Shown: positions 8,937-21,780 of the stretch, piece by piece | Numbering within the stretch: position 1 is the stretch's first letter | Layout: each line of letters opens with the position of its first letter | Source: Candidatus Dormiibacterota bacterium | Lineage (GTDB): Bacteria; Chloroflexota; Dormibacteria; CF-121 | NCBI GenBank assembly: GCA_035544955.1 | Contig: DASZZN010000033.1 | Span: 139,329 to 203,328 of the forward strand | Reading direction: 5' to 3' | DNA length: 64,000 nucleotides | The notes under the pieces: generated by a model | Database searches by the model: none | Seen by the model: only the letters and a program-made list of their open reading frames with translations | Told to the model about the DNA's origin: nothing | Program-made: the position numbers and the translations under genes

Positions 8937-10091
8937 TCAGACGGCACTCCGGTCCAGTAGCACGGCGATTCCGGGCAGGATCTTGCCTTCGAGGAACTCG
9001 AGGGTGGCGCCGCCCCCCGTCGAGACGAACGACATCCGCTCCGCCAGCTGCTGTTTCTGCAGCGCCGCGACGAGATCCCCGCCACCGACGATGGTTTCGG
9101 CGTCGCTTCCCGCGAGCCCCTGCGCTAAGGCATCGGTGCCGTGATCGAACGGCGGGACCTCATAGACGCCGAGCGGGCCGTTCCAGACGACCGCCGCCGC
9201 GCCGTCGCAGGTCTGCAGGAAGCGCTCGACCGTCATGGGTCCGACATCGAGCACCTTCATATCGGCAGGCACGGCGTCGATCGGGACGGTTTTCACCGTG
9301 ACGCCCGGTTTCGCCTCGGAGGCCACGACGGCGTCGAGCGGCAGGACGAGCGTCGCCCCCGATGCCAGGAGCGAACGCGCGACCTCCAGCTGGTCGTCCT
9401 CGACCAGCGAGCGGCCCATCTCCAGACCTTTCGCTTTTAAGAACGTACAGGCCATCGCGCCACCGATGCAGAGGCGATCGACGCGTCCCAGCAGGCTGCG
9501 GACAACACCGATCTTCGTGGAGATTTTGGAGCCGCCGATGATGGCGACCAGCGGATGGGGCGGGTTCGTCATGATCCGCCCCAGCGTCTTGATCTCGCGC
9601 TCCATCAGCAGCCCGGCCACCGCCGGCAGAAATTGGGCGACACCCACCGTCGAGGCGTGGGCGCGGTGCGCCGTGCCGAAGGCGTCATTGACGTAGAGCT
9701 CGCCGAGGGCGGCCAGCTGCTTCGCGAAGGTCGGGTCATTTTTCGTCTCACCTGCGTGGAAGCGGACATTCTCCAGCATCACGATCTCGCGGTCCTGCAT
9801 CGCCCCCACACCGGCTTCGACCGCCGGGCCAATGCAGTCGTCGAGGTGGCGCACCGGACGAACCATCAGCTCACCGAGCCGCTGCGCCAGCGGGGTGGTC
9901 CGATACGCCTCATCGACCTGGCCGTCCGGCCGGCCGAGGTGCGTAATCAAGATCACACGCGCGCTGCGTTCGACCAGGTTCTGAATGGTCGGGATCGCCT
10001 CCCGGATCCGGGTATCGTCGACGATCTGGCCGGACTCGATCGGGACGTTGAAATCGACTCGCACGAGCACGCGTTTTCCGGCGACGTCCAC
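8937..10091 (-). CDS. pgk: phosphoglycerate kinase
   Basis: 'RVDFNVPI...', 'ITHLGRP', 'IIGGSKISTKIGV', 'VSTGGGA' motifs. Confidence 0.9.
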   Translation of the reverse strand: MDVAGKRVLVRVDFNVPIESGQIVDDTRIREAIPTIQNLVERSARVILITHLGRPDGQVDEAYRTTPLAQRLGELMVRPVRHLDDCIGPAVEAGVGAMQDREIVMLENVRFHAGETKNDPTFAKQLAALGELYVNDAFGTAHRAHASTVGVAQFLPAVAGLLMEREIKTLGRIMTNPPHPLVAIIGGSKISTKIGVVRSLLGRVDRLCIGGAMACTFLKAKGLEMGRSLVEDDQLEVARSLLASGATLVLPLDAVVASEAKPGVTVKTVPIDAVPADMKVLDVGPMTVERFLQTCDGAAAVVWNGPLGVYEVPPFDHGTDALAQGLAGSDAETIVGGGDLVAALQKQQLAERMSFVSTGGGATLEFLEGKILPGIAVLLDRSAV

Positions 10092-10141
10092 GTCGCGAAT
10101 CGTGGCTTTTTGGAGCGTGCCGGCCTGGCTGACGTCGTTAG

Positions 10142-11185
<1,044 letters not shown>

Positions 11186-12073
11186 TCAGGGTTGCGGGAT
11201 GTCCCGCACGTGATCTATTAGACCATTTCGATTCGCGTGCGTCACCAACCGGCGAAGCCGATTGGCGACCGCCGACTTACTGACCTGGGCGAGCTCGGCG
11301 AGTTCGCGCAGGCCGGCCTGCGGGTGCGCCAGGCGGAGTTCGGCCACCTCGCGCAGCGCGGGTGGGAGCAACTGCAGCCGCGTGTCGCGCGCTTTGAGCC
11401 GGCGGATCGCCTCTCGCTGCTGCAGCGCCGCCCGCAGTCGCTTGTCGATGTTCGCGGTCTCGCTGTTGGCGCGGCGGTTCGCCTGGCTGCGCATGTCACG
11501 CAGGATGCGGTCGTTCTCGAAGCGCATGACTGCACGGTTGGCGCCCATCAACCCGAGCAGCCGTGAGATCGGCTCGGCGCCTTTCAAGTAGTAGACCGTC
11601 CGGCCACGGCGTGTGGTGTGTTTCAGCGCGATGCCCGCCCGCGCCGCCCCGGCGGTCACCAGGTAGGCGGCGCCCATGGGCACGGCCATCTCCAGGTGGT
11701 AGGCGTCGGCCGGGTTGCCCAGCACGCCGCGCGCCAGGAAGGCCCCGCGGAGCGTGGCCCGGGCACAGCAGCCGTCCGCCGAGCCCCGCCCGGCCGGTAA
11801 GGTGAGCCGTAGCCGGTAGCTGGGTCGTTTTTCCGTGGCGCCCTTGCGCACGGTCTCCACCCGGCCCCCGGCGACCTTGGCGAGGTGAACGACTTTCCGA
11901 GCCACGGCATTGCGCGGGATGCGCAGCGTCAACGGCGCCCCGTCGACGGAACCCGCCAGCGCCTCGACCATCGCCGTCAGCTCCGCCTCCTGGCAGCACG
12001 GTTTTGCCGGCTGGACGTTGGCCAGCTCAGCTTTGACCTCGTCGGTGAAGGACGCCTTGACCGTCATCCCCAC
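11186..12073 (-). CDS. whiA: DNA-binding protein WhiA
   Basis: LAGLIDADG-like N-domain plus C-terminal HTH 'LRELAELAQVSKSAVANRLRRL'; conserved position upstream of gap. Confidence 0.8.
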   Translation of the reverse strand: MGMTVKASFTDEVKAELANVQPAKPCCQEAELTAMVEALAGSVDGAPLTLRIPRNAVARKVVHLAKVAGGRVETVRKGATEKRPSYRLRLTLPAGRGSADGCCARATLRGAFLARGVLGNPADAYHLEMAVPMGAAYLVTAGAARAGIALKHTTRRGRTVYYLKGAEPISRLLGLMGANRAVMRFENDRILRDMRSQANRRANSETANIDKRLRAALQQREAIRRLKARDTRLQLLPPALREVAELRLAHPQAGLRELAELAQVSKSAVANRLRRLVTHANRNGLIDHVRDIPQP

Positions 12074-12089
12074 ACATTAAACTTGGTCA

Positions 12090-12923
12090 GTGCTAGTTAA
12101 GATCCCCATCGATCCCGTCCTCGTCACGATCGGCGGGCTCAAGATCCACTGGTACGGGATCATGATCGCGATCGGCCTCTACGTCGGGATCCAGGTCGCG
12201 CTTCGCGACTCAGCCCGCCGGGGCATCAGCGGGGAGCAGTTGATGAACGTCGCCCTGCTCGCGGCGGTCCTCGGGATCGCGGGCGGCCGCCTCTACTACG
12301 TCGTCCAGAACGACCCCTCCTTCTTCCTGCACCACCCGGCCCAGATCATCGCCGTCTGGCAGGGCGGCATGGCGTTCTTCGGCGCGATGTTCGGCGGGGC
12401 GCTGGCGGTCGCCATCTCGTCCTGGCGCTGGAAGATCCCATTCTGGAGCCTGCTCGACGTCGGCGCGCTCGGCATGACGATCGGCCAGGCGATCGGCCGC
12501 ATCGGCAACATCATCAACGGGGACATCGTGGGCTACAAGACCAACGGCTGGGGCTTCGAGTACACGAACCCCAACACGTTCGCAACGCCCAATGTCCCGG
12601 TTCAGCCGGCGAGCTTGTACGAGCTCCTCATCAGCCTCGGGCTCTTCCTGCTCCTCTGGAACCTCCGCAAGCGGATTCATCCGGAGGGGATGCTGGCGAT
12701 GCTTTATATCGTGCTCTACTCGGTCAGTCAGTTCTTCATCTTCTTTGTGCGCGATAACGTCGTGGTCCTGGGCGGGCTGAAACAGGCGCAAGTCACGTCC
12801 CTGGTGGTCATCGCCTTGAGCCTGCCGGTGATCGCCTACCTGCTTCGCAAAGAACGCCTCGCGCGCCCATCAGAGACCAAGCCGGCGGAAACGCCGTCGA
12901 CCGCGGGCGAGGTCGCGACCTAA
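12090..12923 (+). CDS. lgt: prolipoprotein diacylglyceryl transferase
   Basis: GTG start; 'IHWYGIMIAIG', 'GGRLYYV', 'GQAIGRIGNIINGD' Lgt signature blocks. Confidence 0.85.
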   Translation: MLVKIPIDPVLVTIGGLKIHWYGIMIAIGLYVGIQVALRDSARRGISGEQLMNVALLAAVLGIAGGRLYYVVQNDPSFFLHHPAQIIAVWQGGMAFFGAMFGGALAVAISSWRWKIPFWSLLDVGALGMTIGQAIGRIGNIINGDIVGYKTNGWGFEYTNPNTFATPNVPVQPASLYELLISLGLFLLLWNLRKRIHPEGMLAMLYIVLYSVSQFFIFFVRDNVVVLGGLKQAQVTSLVVIALSLPVIAYLLRKERLARPSETKPAETPSTAGEVAT

Positions 12924-14638
12924 GCCGCGCGCTTGCGGCGTTCGCCGCGCTTGAGCAGCAACTCGAGGAATCGCTCTGGCTGGAATTCCGCCTTCTCGAC
13001 GATCGACTCGACCTTGCCATCGAGACGCTGCCGATCCTCGGCGGTCAGCACCTTGGCCGTGTGGACGAGGATCGGAATCCGGCCGATGTCCTTGTCGCGG
13101 CGCAGCGCCGCGATGACTTCGAACCCGTCGACCCCCGGCATGACGAGGTCGAGAATGACCAGGTCCGGCTTGTTGCGGAGGGCCTGCTCGATGCCGGTCC
13201 GAGCATTGTCGACGGCACTCACACGGACGTTGAAGGGTTTGAGGACCGCCTTGACCAGGCTGATCGCCTGCAGATCGTCATCGATGACCAGGACATTCGC
13301 CGGCATCTTCTTGGCGCGCTTGCCGTCGGCCATAAGATCGAATCTCACCATCAGCTGGACGAGCTGCTGGCGGTCGACGGGCTTGGTCAGGACGTCAACG
13401 TCCGCCACCGTGACGGGCGGGCCATCGGCGGCCGACATCACCACCAGCGGGATCTCTCGGGTGCGCGGATCCTTCCGCAGTTCCTTGATCAGCGCCGGAG
13501 CGCCGCTGAGCGGCAGGTGGGCGTCGATCAAGATGGCGAGCGGCTGGAGGTGCGTCGCCTTCTCCAGGGCGCGGGGACCGTTCTCGACGTACACCACCTC
13601 GTAACCGGCGCGCTTGAGGAAGGGCTCGATCCGCTGGCGCGAGACCATGTCGTTGTCGGCCACCAGGATGTCCGGCGGTCGACCCTCACGATCCACCACC
13701 GGTGGGTCGGCACTCGCGGCGCGGCTGCCAGTCAGCGACCGCACCGCCTCGCCGAGGGTGACGGCGCTGTCGTGCAGGTACTTGAGATACTCGCGACGCT
13801 CCTCGACCGTTAGCGCGTGGGTATGGTCGTCGAGTAGCACGCTCGAAAACCCGATGAGCGAGTTGAGCCGCGAGTTGATCAGGTGGCTTTGCTCGGGGCT
13901 CAGACCGGCGCTCGGGGTGATCACCGGTCCAGTGCCAACCCCGGGCCGCTCCTGCGCCCTGGTCTCTTCCAGGGCTTTCCGGATCTGCTGCATCTCGTCG
14001 TTCTGGGCCTGGATCTCGGCGGTCAGCGCCTGCCGGCGCGACACCCAGTCCGATGCCAGCCGGTTCGACTGCTCGGCGAGCTCCGCATGACGACCCTGCA
14101 AGGCAAGGTGCTGCTCGCGCTCGCTGCCCAGGTCCCGCTCCAGTCCCGCGGCGTGTTCCTTCAATGGGTTGAGCTCGGCAAGCAGGCGCTCGCGGTCGAG
14201 GCCCCACTGGATCTGGTCGGCCTGGAGCGCATCGCGGTCGCTCGTGACCATACCCAGCTGATCACGCACCCGGTCGCGATCGGCCGCCGCCGCGTCACGA
14301 TCCGCCGCGAGCCGATCGCGCTCTTGCCGCGCGGCGTCCAGGTCGCGCTCGAGCTGCGCCAGGCGCTTACGCTCGCCGGCGATCGTTTCATTGACGGTCC
14401 GGAGCGTCGCGCGGAGCCGGTCCTCTTCGTCCTTGATCGCCTGGCGTTCGGCGGACCACTGACGGGCGGCCTCCTCATGGCGGGCGAGCTCAGCCGTAAG
14501 CGTCTCGGCCATCGATTCGACCCGCGCGAGGAACTGCCGACCCTCGGAAACGGCCTCGCCAAGCGAGCTGGACAGGTCGGGCGAGTCCGGCACGCCCCTA
14601 TAACGGCGGGTGGTGCCGGGGCTGGCGCCTCGGCTCAA
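12920..14638 (-). CDS. atypical two-component protein: coiled-coil + HisKA-like (DHp) segment + two receiver domains, no HATPase
   Basis: N-terminal ~230 aa heptad-rich (LAQLERDLDAARQERDRL...), DHp-like 'SHLINSRLNSLIGFSSVLLDD', then REC1 (ILVADND...LAILIDAHLP) and REC2 (VLVIDDD...LVILDLVMPGVDG); true start may be an internal Met. Confidence 0.7.
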   Translation of the reverse strand: MSRGASPGTTRRYRGVPDSPDLSSSLGEAVSEGRQFLARVESMAETLTAELARHEEAARQWSAERQAIKDEEDRLRATLRTVNETIAGERKRLAQLERDLDAARQERDRLAADRDAAAADRDRVRDQLGMVTSDRDALQADQIQWGLDRERLLAELNPLKEHAAGLERDLGSEREQHLALQGRHAELAEQSNRLASDWVSRRQALTAEIQAQNDEMQQIRKALEETRAQERPGVGTGPVITPSAGLSPEQSHLINSRLNSLIGFSSVLLDDHTHALTVEERREYLKYLHDSAVTLGEAVRSLTGSRAASADPPVVDREGRPPDILVADNDMVSRQRIEPFLKRAGYEVVYVENGPRALEKATHLQPLAILIDAHLPLSGAPALIKELRKDPRTREIPLVVMSAADGPPVTVADVDVLTKPVDRQQLVQLMVRFDLMADGKRAKKMPANVLVIDDDLQAISLVKAVLKPFNVRVSAVDNARTGIEQALRNKPDLVILDLVMPGVDGFEVIAALRRDKDIGRIPILVHTAKVLTAEDRQRLDGKVESIVEKAEFQPERFLELLLKRGERRKRAA

Positions 14639-14674
14639 AGCGGCCTTCGGGCGGCTGGACGACGCATCGGCCCG

Positions 14675-14890
14675 TTAGGAGGAAATGACCTCGGTCCGGA
14701 TCAGCGGGCCCTTCTCGGGGGGCTGGCCGGGCGGGTCGGGCGGCCGGTCCGCCGCCGCCTCCTGGCTGAGGATCTCGTTGCAGAGAGCGACGCAGAGATG
14801 GCAGATGTAGACGTCGGACGGACCGGCGACGAGGCGGACTTCCCCCTGCTTCTTTCCGCAAAACGAGCAGCGGCGCACCGGGCGGTCCAC
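14675..14890 (-). CDS. stand-alone ClpX-type C4 zinc-ribbon protein (71 aa)
   Basis: '[35 protein letters not shown]' closely matches the ClpX N-terminal zinc-binding domain consensus (CSFCGK...VYIC..C..C); no AAA+ module follows. Confidence 0.6.
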   Translation of the reverse strand: MDRPVRRCSFCGKKQGEVRLVAGPSDVYICHLCVALCNEILSQEAAADRPPDPPGQPPEKGPLIRTEVISS

Positions 14891-14903
14891 GATCGTGATT
14901 ATC

Positions 14904-16775
14904 TCAGAGCATTTCCTTGATTGCGACGGCGACGGTCCGGGTGATCCCCTTGACCGCCATCAGTTCGTCCACCGAGGCGCTGCGGATGTTGTCGACGCTG
15001 CCGAACTGGCGGACCAGCGCCCGCCGGCGGACCGGTCCGAGCCCGCTGATCCCGTCGAGCACCGACGCGAAGGCGTCCTTCTTCCGGACGACGCGATGAA
15101 ACGTGATCGCGAAGCGGTGCGCCTCGTCCCGGACACGCTGAACCAGGAAGAGCGCCTCGGAGTCCAGCGGCAGCCGGATCGGTTCGCTCTCACCGGGCCG
15201 GAAAAGCTCCTCCTGCTCCTTGGCCAGGCCGAAGGTCGCCACCGACGCAAGCCCCATCGATTCCAAGACCTCCCTCGCGGCCGACAGCTGGCCCTTGCCC
15301 CCGTCGATCAAGACCAGGTCTGGCAGCCGGCTGAAGCTGGGTTCCTCGGGAGTGCCTTCCTCGGAACGAGCGTGCCGGCTGAAGCGGCGCCGCAGCACTT
15401 CCTGCAGCATGGCGAAATCGTTGGCGCCCTGCACGGTCTTGATTCGAAAGTGCCGATAGTGCGCTGGCTTGGGGCGGCCATCTTCGAAGACGACCATCGA
15501 GCCGACCGGGTACTTGCCCTGGATGTTCGAGATGTCGTAGCACTCGATCCGCACGGGCAGCGCCGGCAGCTCGAGCCGCGCCTGGAGATCGTTCAGCAGC
15601 GAGGCCGTCCGCTCGGCGTCGTAGTCGAGCTTGATCCGCATCTGCCGCATCGTCTCGGCGGCGTTGGCGGCCGCCTGCTCGAGCAGCTCGCGCTGCTTCC
15701 CTCGCTGGGGCACCCGGACGGTCACGATGCTGCCGCGTCGCTCGGTCAGCCATTGCTCGATCAGCTCGCGGTCGGGCAGCGCCTCGGGGACGAAGACTTC
15801 CTTGGGGATGTGCGTGGCGTTCGCGTAGTACTGACTGACAAACGCGTTGAGGATGTCAGCATTCGACTGGTCCTTGCCGAGGCCGACGAGATCGAAGTTC
15901 TCCGAGCCGGAGAGCCTGCCCTCGCGGACGCTGAAGACGCGCACCGATCCCTGGCCGTCGGCTCGCGCCAGGCCAAAGAGATCCTGGTCGTAGCGGCCCA
16001 TCGCCAGCACTTTCTGGCGCTCCGCCATCCGTTGCATCGCGTCCAGGCGATCCCGGTAGCGGGCGGCGGCCTCGTATTCGAGCTTGTCCGCCGCCTCTTG
16101 CATCTGCTGCTTCAGCCGCTTCGCCACGTGGTCGGAGCGGCCGTCGAGGAAGCTTGCGACCTGATTCAGCTGCTCGTGGTAATCCTCGCGGTTGATGAAT
16201 CCCGCGCATGGCGCCGAACAAAGACTCAAGTGATAGTAAAAGCAGGGACGCCCGAGCGCGAACTCCGAGTCTTTGCAACTCCGATACGGGATGACCCGCC
16301 GGACGGTTTTCAACGTGGTGCGTAGCGCGATCGCATGCGTGTAGGGTCCCCAGTAGCGGGCGCCATCGTTGGCGGGCCGGCGCACCAACGTGATGCGCGG
16401 GAAATCCTCGTTCAGAGGCAGTTTTATATACAGATAGTTCTTGTCGTCGCGCAGCCGGATGTTGAAGCGAGGACGATGCCGCTTGATCATCGTCTGCTCG
16501 AGGACCAGCGCCTCTTTTTCAGTCGCCGTCGTGATGACTTCGAATTCGTAGACGCGGGCGACCATGGCGGCGATGTGCTCGGGTAACACGCTCGAGGCCT
16601 GGAAGTAGTTCGGGACACGATTGCGCAGGCTCAACGCCTTGCCCACGTAGATGACGCGCGCCTGGATGTCACGCATCAGATAGACACCTGGCGTCTCGGG
16701 CAGTGCCTTGAGCCGTTCGCGGAGATAGTCCGGCCGCTCCGTCAGGGGAGCCGCCTTTTTGGTCGCCGTGGCCAC
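14904..16775 (-). CDS. uvrC: excinuclease ABC subunit C
   Basis: GIY-YIG N-terminus '[18 protein letters not shown]', UvrBC motif, C-terminal RNase H-like/HhH. Confidence 0.9.
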   Translation of the reverse strand: MATATKKAAPLTERPDYLRERLKALPETPGVYLMRDIQARVIYVGKALSLRNRVPNYFQASSVLPEHIAAMVARVYEFEVITTATEKEALVLEQTMIKRHRPRFNIRLRDDKNYLYIKLPLNEDFPRITLVRRPANDGARYWGPYTHAIALRTTLKTVRRVIPYRSCKDSEFALGRPCFYYHLSLCSAPCAGFINREDYHEQLNQVASFLDGRSDHVAKRLKQQMQEAADKLEYEAAARYRDRLDAMQRMAERQKVLAMGRYDQDLFGLARADGQGSVRVFSVREGRLSGSENFDLVGLGKDQSNADILNAFVSQYYANATHIPKEVFVPEALPDRELIEQWLTERRGSIVTVRVPQRGKQRELLEQAAANAAETMRQMRIKLDYDAERTASLLNDLQARLELPALPVRIECYDISNIQGKYPVGSMVVFEDGRPKPAHYRHFRIKTVQGANDFAMLQEVLRRRFSRHARSEEGTPEEPSFSRLPDLVLIDGGKGQLSAAREVLESMGLASVATFGLAKEQEELFRPGESEPIRLPLDSEALFLVQRVRDEAHRFAITFHRVVRKKDAFASVLDGISGLGPVRRRALVRQFGSVDNIRSASVDELMAVKGITRTVAVAIKEML

Positions 16776-16779
16776 GTGC

Positions 16780-19686
16780 TTAGGCTATCGCGAGCTCCTG
16801 GTCGAGCACACGCTTGAGGTACTGGCCGGTATACGACCGGGGATTTCGGACGATCTCCTCCGGGCTGCCGGCCGCGACCACTTCGCCCCCCTTGTCGCCG
16901 CCTTCGGGACCGAGATCGATGATGTGATCGGCAGTCTTCAAAACGTCCAAATTGTGCTCGATGACGACGACGGTGTTTCCGGCATCGACAAGCCGTTGCA
17001 GGACGTTCAGCAGTCGCTCGATGTCCGCGAAGTGCAGGCCGGTCGTGGGCTCATCAAGAATGTAGAAGGTCTTCCCGGTATCACGCCGGCTGAGTTCTTC
17101 CGTCAGTTTGACGCGCTGCGCCTCGCCGCCCGACAGTTGGGTGGCGGGCTGGCCCAGCCTGATGTAGCCCAAGCCGACTTCGCAGAGCGTCTGCATCTTG
17201 CGCCGGATTCGCGGTATCCGGTCAAAAAATTCCGTCGCCTCCTCGACGCTCATGTCGAGCACATCGGCGATCGTCTTGCCGCGATAGGTGACTTCGAGCG
17301 CTTCCTTGTTGTAGCGCTTGCCTTTGCAAACCTCGCAGGGGACGTAGACATCGGGCAGGAAGTGCATCTCGATCTTGATGATGCCGTCCCCCTCGCAGTT
17401 CTCACATCGGCCGCCCTTCACGTTGAAGCTGAAGCGGCCGGGCTTGTAGCCGCGCACGCGCGCTTCCGGCATCTCGGCGAAGAGCTCGCGGATGTAGGTG
17501 AAGACCCCGGTGTAGGTCGCCGGATTGGATCGCGGCGTGCGGCCGATCGGCGACTGGTCGACGTTGATGACTTTATCGATGAAGTTCAACCCGGAGACCT
17601 CGCGGGCGGCGCCCGGCCGGTCCTTCGCCCGGTAAAAGTGCTGCGCCATGCGCCTGTACAGGATGTCGCTGACGAGCGTGCTCTTGCCGGACCCGCTGAC
17701 GCCGGAAACGCAGATCAATTTGCCCAACGGGAAATAGACGTCGATGTTCTTCAGATTGTTTTCCGTCGCCCCCCGAACGACGATCATCTGGCCATTGCCC
17801 TTGCGGCGTCGCGCAGGTAGCGGAATGGATCGCTCGCCGCGCAGGAACGCCCCGGTGATCGACTCCGGCGATTTCAGGATGTCGTCGAAGCTGCCGGTGG
17901 CAACGATCCGCCCGCCGTGCTCGCCGGCTCCGGGTCCGATGTCCACGATAAAGTCCGCCGTCCGCATCGTTTCCTCGTCATGTTCGATGACGACCACCGT
18001 GTTGCCGATGTCGCGCAGCGCCAGCAGCGTATTGATCAGCTTGCGGTTGTCGCGCTGGTGCAGTCCGATCGACGGCTCGTCGAGGATGTAGAGCACGCCC
18101 ATCAGCTTGGAGCCGATCTGGGTGGCGAGCCGGATTCGCTGCGCCTCCCCACCCGACAACGAGTCGGCCGCCCGGGCCAAGCTCAGGTAATCGAGACCAA
18201 CGTCCACGAGGAACTGGAGCCGTTCGCGGATCTCTTTCAAGATGGCGCGGGCGATCAGCATCTCCCGCTCCGTCAACTTCACCTTCGCAAACCAGTCCTG
18301 TGCGGCCGTGATCGATAGGTCGCAGACGTCCATGATCGAGCGATCGCCCACTGTCACCGCCAGGTACTCCGGTTTGAGCCGCTTGCCTTTGCAGACCGGG
18401 CACGGCCGTGGCGTCATCAGCCGCTCGATCTCCGCGCGGATGAACTCGGATTCGGTCTCGCGGTGGCGCCGCTCGAGATTGGGGATGATGCCTTCGTACG
18501 AGGTCTCGTACCAGCGGCGCTGCCCCTCACTGTTCAAGTACTTCACGCGCAGGGGATCGCCGTTGTTGCCATAGAGAATAATTTGCCGCTCTTTGAGCGC
18601 CAGCTTCCCGAACGGCTTATCCATCGGGATCTTGTAGCGCTGCGCGACGGCCTCGACGAGATCGTTATAGAAGTAGGACGAGCGCCCCAGGGAGCGGATC
18701 GCGCCATCGGCGAGTGGCCGGCTCTTGTCCGGGATGACGAGGTCCGGGTCGATCTCGAGCTTGCTGCCCAGCCCGGTGCACGCGGGGCACGCCCCGTGCG
18801 GATTGTTGAACGAGAAGTTCCGCGGGGCCAGCTCCTCCATTGAGAAGCCGTCGTAGGGGCAGGCAAAATTCTGACTGAAGAGCAGCTCCTCACCCTTGGC
18901 ATCCACCCTCGCCACCAGCACCAGTCCACCCGCCATCTTTGCGGCGGTCTCGACCGACTCGCGCAGGCGGCTGATCCCTTCCCGGTCGATCACCAGCCGG
19001 TCGACGACGATCTCGATGCTGTGCTTCTTGTTCTTGTCCAGCGAGACACGCTCGGTCAGCTCGTAGAGATTGCCGTCGACCCGTGCGCGCACGAACCCGG
19101 CCTTTTTGGCCTCCGAGAGCACGTCATGGTGCTCGCCCTTACGGTCGCGAACCACCGGCGCCAGGATCATCACCCGGCTACCCTGTGGCAGCTCCATGAC
19201 CTTGTCCGCGATTTGCTCGGTGGTCTGGCGGGTGATCTCGTGTCCGCTGATCGGACAGTGGGGATGGCCGATCCGTGCCCACATGAGGCGCATGTAGTCG
19301 TAGATCTCCGTCACGGTCCCGACCGTCGATCGCGGGTTATGGCTGGTCCCCTTCTGGTCGATCGAGATCGCCGGTGACAATCCGTCGATCTGGTCGACGT
19401 CCGGCTTGTCCATCTGGCCGAGGAACTGGCGGGCGTAGGACGACAGCGACTCGACGTAACGGCGCTGCCCCTCGGCGTAGATCGTGTCAAAGGCGAGCGA
19501 CGACTTTCCCGAACCTGACAGCCCGGTGAAGACGACGAGCTTGTCCCGCGGGATGGTCAGATCGATGTCCTTCAGGTTGTGCTCCCGGGCGCCCTTGATG
19601 ACGATCTCGGTGTGCTGCCCACGGGGCCCGGGTGTTTCCCGCCCCCTCTGGGGGAGGCTCGGGGTGGGGGCCTTCTTGTCAGCCAC
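16780..19686 (-). CDS. uvrA: excinuclease ABC subunit A
   Basis: 968 aa, duplicated ABC ATPase with Walker A 'GLSGSGKSS' and 'GVSGSGKST', zinc-finger Cys clusters. Confidence 0.95.
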   Translation of the reverse strand: MADKKAPTPSLPQRGRETPGPRGQHTEIVIKGAREHNLKDIDLTIPRDKLVVFTGLSGSGKSSLAFDTIYAEGQRRYVESLSSYARQFLGQMDKPDVDQIDGLSPAISIDQKGTSHNPRSTVGTVTEIYDYMRLMWARIGHPHCPISGHEITRQTTEQIADKVMELPQGSRVMILAPVVRDRKGEHHDVLSEAKKAGFVRARVDGNLYELTERVSLDKNKKHSIEIVVDRLVIDREGISRLRESVETAAKMAGGLVLVARVDAKGEELLFSQNFACPYDGFSMEELAPRNFSFNNPHGACPACTGLGSKLEIDPDLVIPDKSRPLADGAIRSLGRSSYFYNDLVEAVAQRYKIPMDKPFGKLALKERQIILYGNNGDPLRVKYLNSEGQRRWYETSYEGIIPNLERRHRETESEFIRAEIERLMTPRPCPVCKGKRLKPEYLAVTVGDRSIMDVCDLSITAAQDWFAKVKLTEREMLIARAILKEIRERLQFLVDVGLDYLSLARAADSLSGGEAQRIRLATQIGSKLMGVLYILDEPSIGLHQRDNRKLINTLLALRDIGNTVVVIEHDEETMRTADFIVDIGPGAGEHGGRIVATGSFDDILKSPESITGAFLRGERSIPLPARRRKGNGQMIVVRGATENNLKNIDVYFPLGKLICVSGVSGSGKSTLVSDILYRRMAQHFYRAKDRPGAAREVSGLNFIDKVINVDQSPIGRTPRSNPATYTGVFTYIRELFAEMPEARVRGYKPGRFSFNVKGGRCENCEGDGIIKIEMHFLPDVYVPCEVCKGKRYNKEALEVTYRGKTIADVLDMSVEEATEFFDRIPRIRRKMQTLCEVGLGYIRLGQPATQLSGGEAQRVKLTEELSRRDTGKTFYILDEPTTGLHFADIERLLNVLQRLVDAGNTVVVIEHNLDVLKTADHIIDLGPEGGDKGGEVVAAGSPEEIVRNPRSYTGQYLKRVLDQELAIA

Positions 19687-21739
19687 CGACGCGAGCCCTC
19701 ATCCGGCTGGTCTTCGGCTTGCGCCACACGCCCGACTCGGCCGCGGCCGCCGGCGTCAGGGAGTCTCGATACGCCATGGCGTCGCGACGCAGCGCAACCA
19801 GCCGGTCGCGCAGTTCCGCGGCCCGCTCGAACTGCAGGTCGCGGGCCGCCTTCTTCATCTGCCGTTCGAGGTCTTTGATGAGGCGCTCGATCTCGTCCGG
19901 CGGCAATCCGGACGCTAGCGTGGCGATCGTTTCTTCGATCGCTTTCTCCTGGTGCTTCTCGAGGTTGTAGACGGCCTTCACGATGCTGGCCGGTGTGATG
20001 CCGTGCTCCTCGTTGTAGGCGATCTGGATATTGCGACGGCGGTCGGTCTCGTCGATCGCCCTCTGCATCGAGCCGCTGACCGAGTCCGCGTACATGATGA
20101 CGTGCCCCTCAACGTTGCGGGCCGCCCGTCCGGTCGTCTGGATGAGCGAGCGCGCGTCGCGCATGTAGCTCTCCTTGTCCGCGTCGAGGATGGCGATGAG
20201 GGCGACCTCCGGCAGGTCGAGTCCTTCTCGCAGGAGGTTGATGCCGACGAGCACGTCGAAGACGCCGAGCCGCAGGTCGCGCAGAATCTCGACGCGGTCA
20301 AGCGTATCGACGTCCGAGTGCAGGTAGTTCACCTTGATGCCCATCTCGCGTAGGTAGTCGGTCATGTCTTCCGCCATCTTTTTCGTCAGCACGGTGATCA
20401 GCGTTCGCTGCTTCTTATCGACTCGCTTATGGATCTCCCCGATCAGGTCGTCGATCTGGCCCTTGGTCGGGCGGACTTCGACAGTGGGGTCTACCAGGCC
20501 GGTCGGCCGGATGATGACCTCGATCGTCTGCTGGGAGCGCTGTTCCTCGTACGGCCCTGGGGTGGCGGAGACGTAGACAACTTGTTGTACCTTGCGCTCC
20601 CATTCCGCAAACGTCAGCGGCCGGTTATCGAGCGCCGAGGGCAGCCGGAAGCCGTAATCGACCAGGGGGATCTTCCGCGACCGGTCGCCGCCGTACATGC
20701 CGCCGATCTGGGGAACGCCGACGTGTGACTCGTCGACCACAATCAGCGTATCTTCCGGCAGAAAGTCCATCAACGTATACGGCTCCTGGCCGGGGCCGCG
20801 GCCCGTGAGGTGCCGGGAGTAGTTCTCGATGCCGGCGCAGCTGCCGGTCTCCCGCATCATCTCCATGTCGAACATCGTCCGCTGACGGAGGCGCTGCGCT
20901 TCCAGCAGCTTTCCCTGGCTCTCGAACCACGCGACGCGCTCCTCGAGTTCTTCGCTGATGCCATCGAGCGCTCGCAGCAGCTTCTGCCGAGGCGTCACGT
21001 AGTGCGTAGCTGGGAAAACCTGGAACGACTCGACGTCGCCGATGACCTCACCAGTCAGCGGGTCGATCTGGACGATCCGCTCCACCTCGTCGCCGTTGAA
21101 CTGGACCCGAGTGGCGATCTGGTCATACGAGGGCTGCACGTCGACAGTATCGCCGCGCACCCGAAAGCGCGAACGGCCAAAGTCGACGTCGTTGCGTTGG
21201 TATTGCAGGTTCGTCAGCTTGCGAAGAAAAATATCGCGACGGAAACCCTCGCCGGCATGGATCTCGACAGACTCACCCAGGTAGTCCTCGGGCGAACCGA
21301 CGCCGTAGATGCATGACACGCTGGCCACGACGATGACGTCGCGGCGGGTCAGCAGCGCCCGGGTCGCGGACTGCCGCAGCCGGTCGATCTCATCGTTGCG
21401 AGATGAATCTTTCTCGATGTAGGTATCGCTTCGGGGTATGTAGGCTTCCGGCTGGTAGTAGTCGTAGTAGCTGACGAAGTACTCGACGGCGTTGCTGGGA
21501 AAGAAGGAGCGAAACTCGCTGCAGAGCTGAGCGGCCAGCGTCTTGTTAGGCGACATGACAAGCGTCGGCCGCTGGATCTCCTGGATCATCTGGGCGACGA
21601 CCATCGTCTTGCCGGAGCCGGTCACCCCCATCAGGACCTGGTGTTTTTGGCCCTTATCGACCCCTTCGGCTAGCTTCTTGATCGCCTCCGGCTGGCCTCC
21701 CGCGGGCGAAAAACCAGCCGTGAACGCGAAGTTGGGCAT
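19679..21739 (-). CDS. uvrB: excinuclease ABC subunit B
   Basis: 'GVTGSGKT' helicase motif I, DEAH-like 'VDESH', C-terminal UVR domain; 8-nt overlap with uvrA. Confidence 0.95.
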   Translation of the reverse strand: MPNFAFTAGFSPAGGQPEAIKKLAEGVDKGQKHQVLMGVTGSGKTMVVAQMIQEIQRPTLVMSPNKTLAAQLCSEFRSFFPSNAVEYFVSYYDYYQPEAYIPRSDTYIEKDSSRNDEIDRLRQSATRALLTRRDVIVVASVSCIYGVGSPEDYLGESVEIHAGEGFRRDIFLRKLTNLQYQRNDVDFGRSRFRVRGDTVDVQPSYDQIATRVQFNGDEVERIVQIDPLTGEVIGDVESFQVFPATHYVTPRQKLLRALDGISEELEERVAWFESQGKLLEAQRLRQRTMFDMEMMRETGSCAGIENYSRHLTGRGPGQEPYTLMDFLPEDTLIVVDESHVGVPQIGGMYGGDRSRKIPLVDYGFRLPSALDNRPLTFAEWERKVQQVVYVSATPGPYEEQRSQQTIEVIIRPTGLVDPTVEVRPTKGQIDDLIGEIHKRVDKKQRTLITVLTKKMAEDMTDYLREMGIKVNYLHSDVDTLDRVEILRDLRLGVFDVLVGINLLREGLDLPEVALIAILDADKESYMRDARSLIQTTGRAARNVEGHVIMYADSVSGSMQRAIDETDRRRNIQIAYNEEHGITPASIVKAVYNLEKHQEKAIEETIATLASGLPPDEIERLIKDLERQMKKAARDLQFERAAELRDRLVALRRDAMAYRDSLTPAAAAESGVWRKPKTSRMRARVGG

Positions 21740-21780
21740 CCCTCAATTGTAAGTTTGCGGCGGCGGAAACTTAAAGGGGC

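Noticed and set aside
8162-9085. N-terminal 51-aa extension of tpiA in the track ORF
   Set aside because: The extension overlaps the pgk 3' end in another frame and is Arg/Ser-rich nonsense. The TPI homology starts at the internal MRKPLIAGNWKMH.
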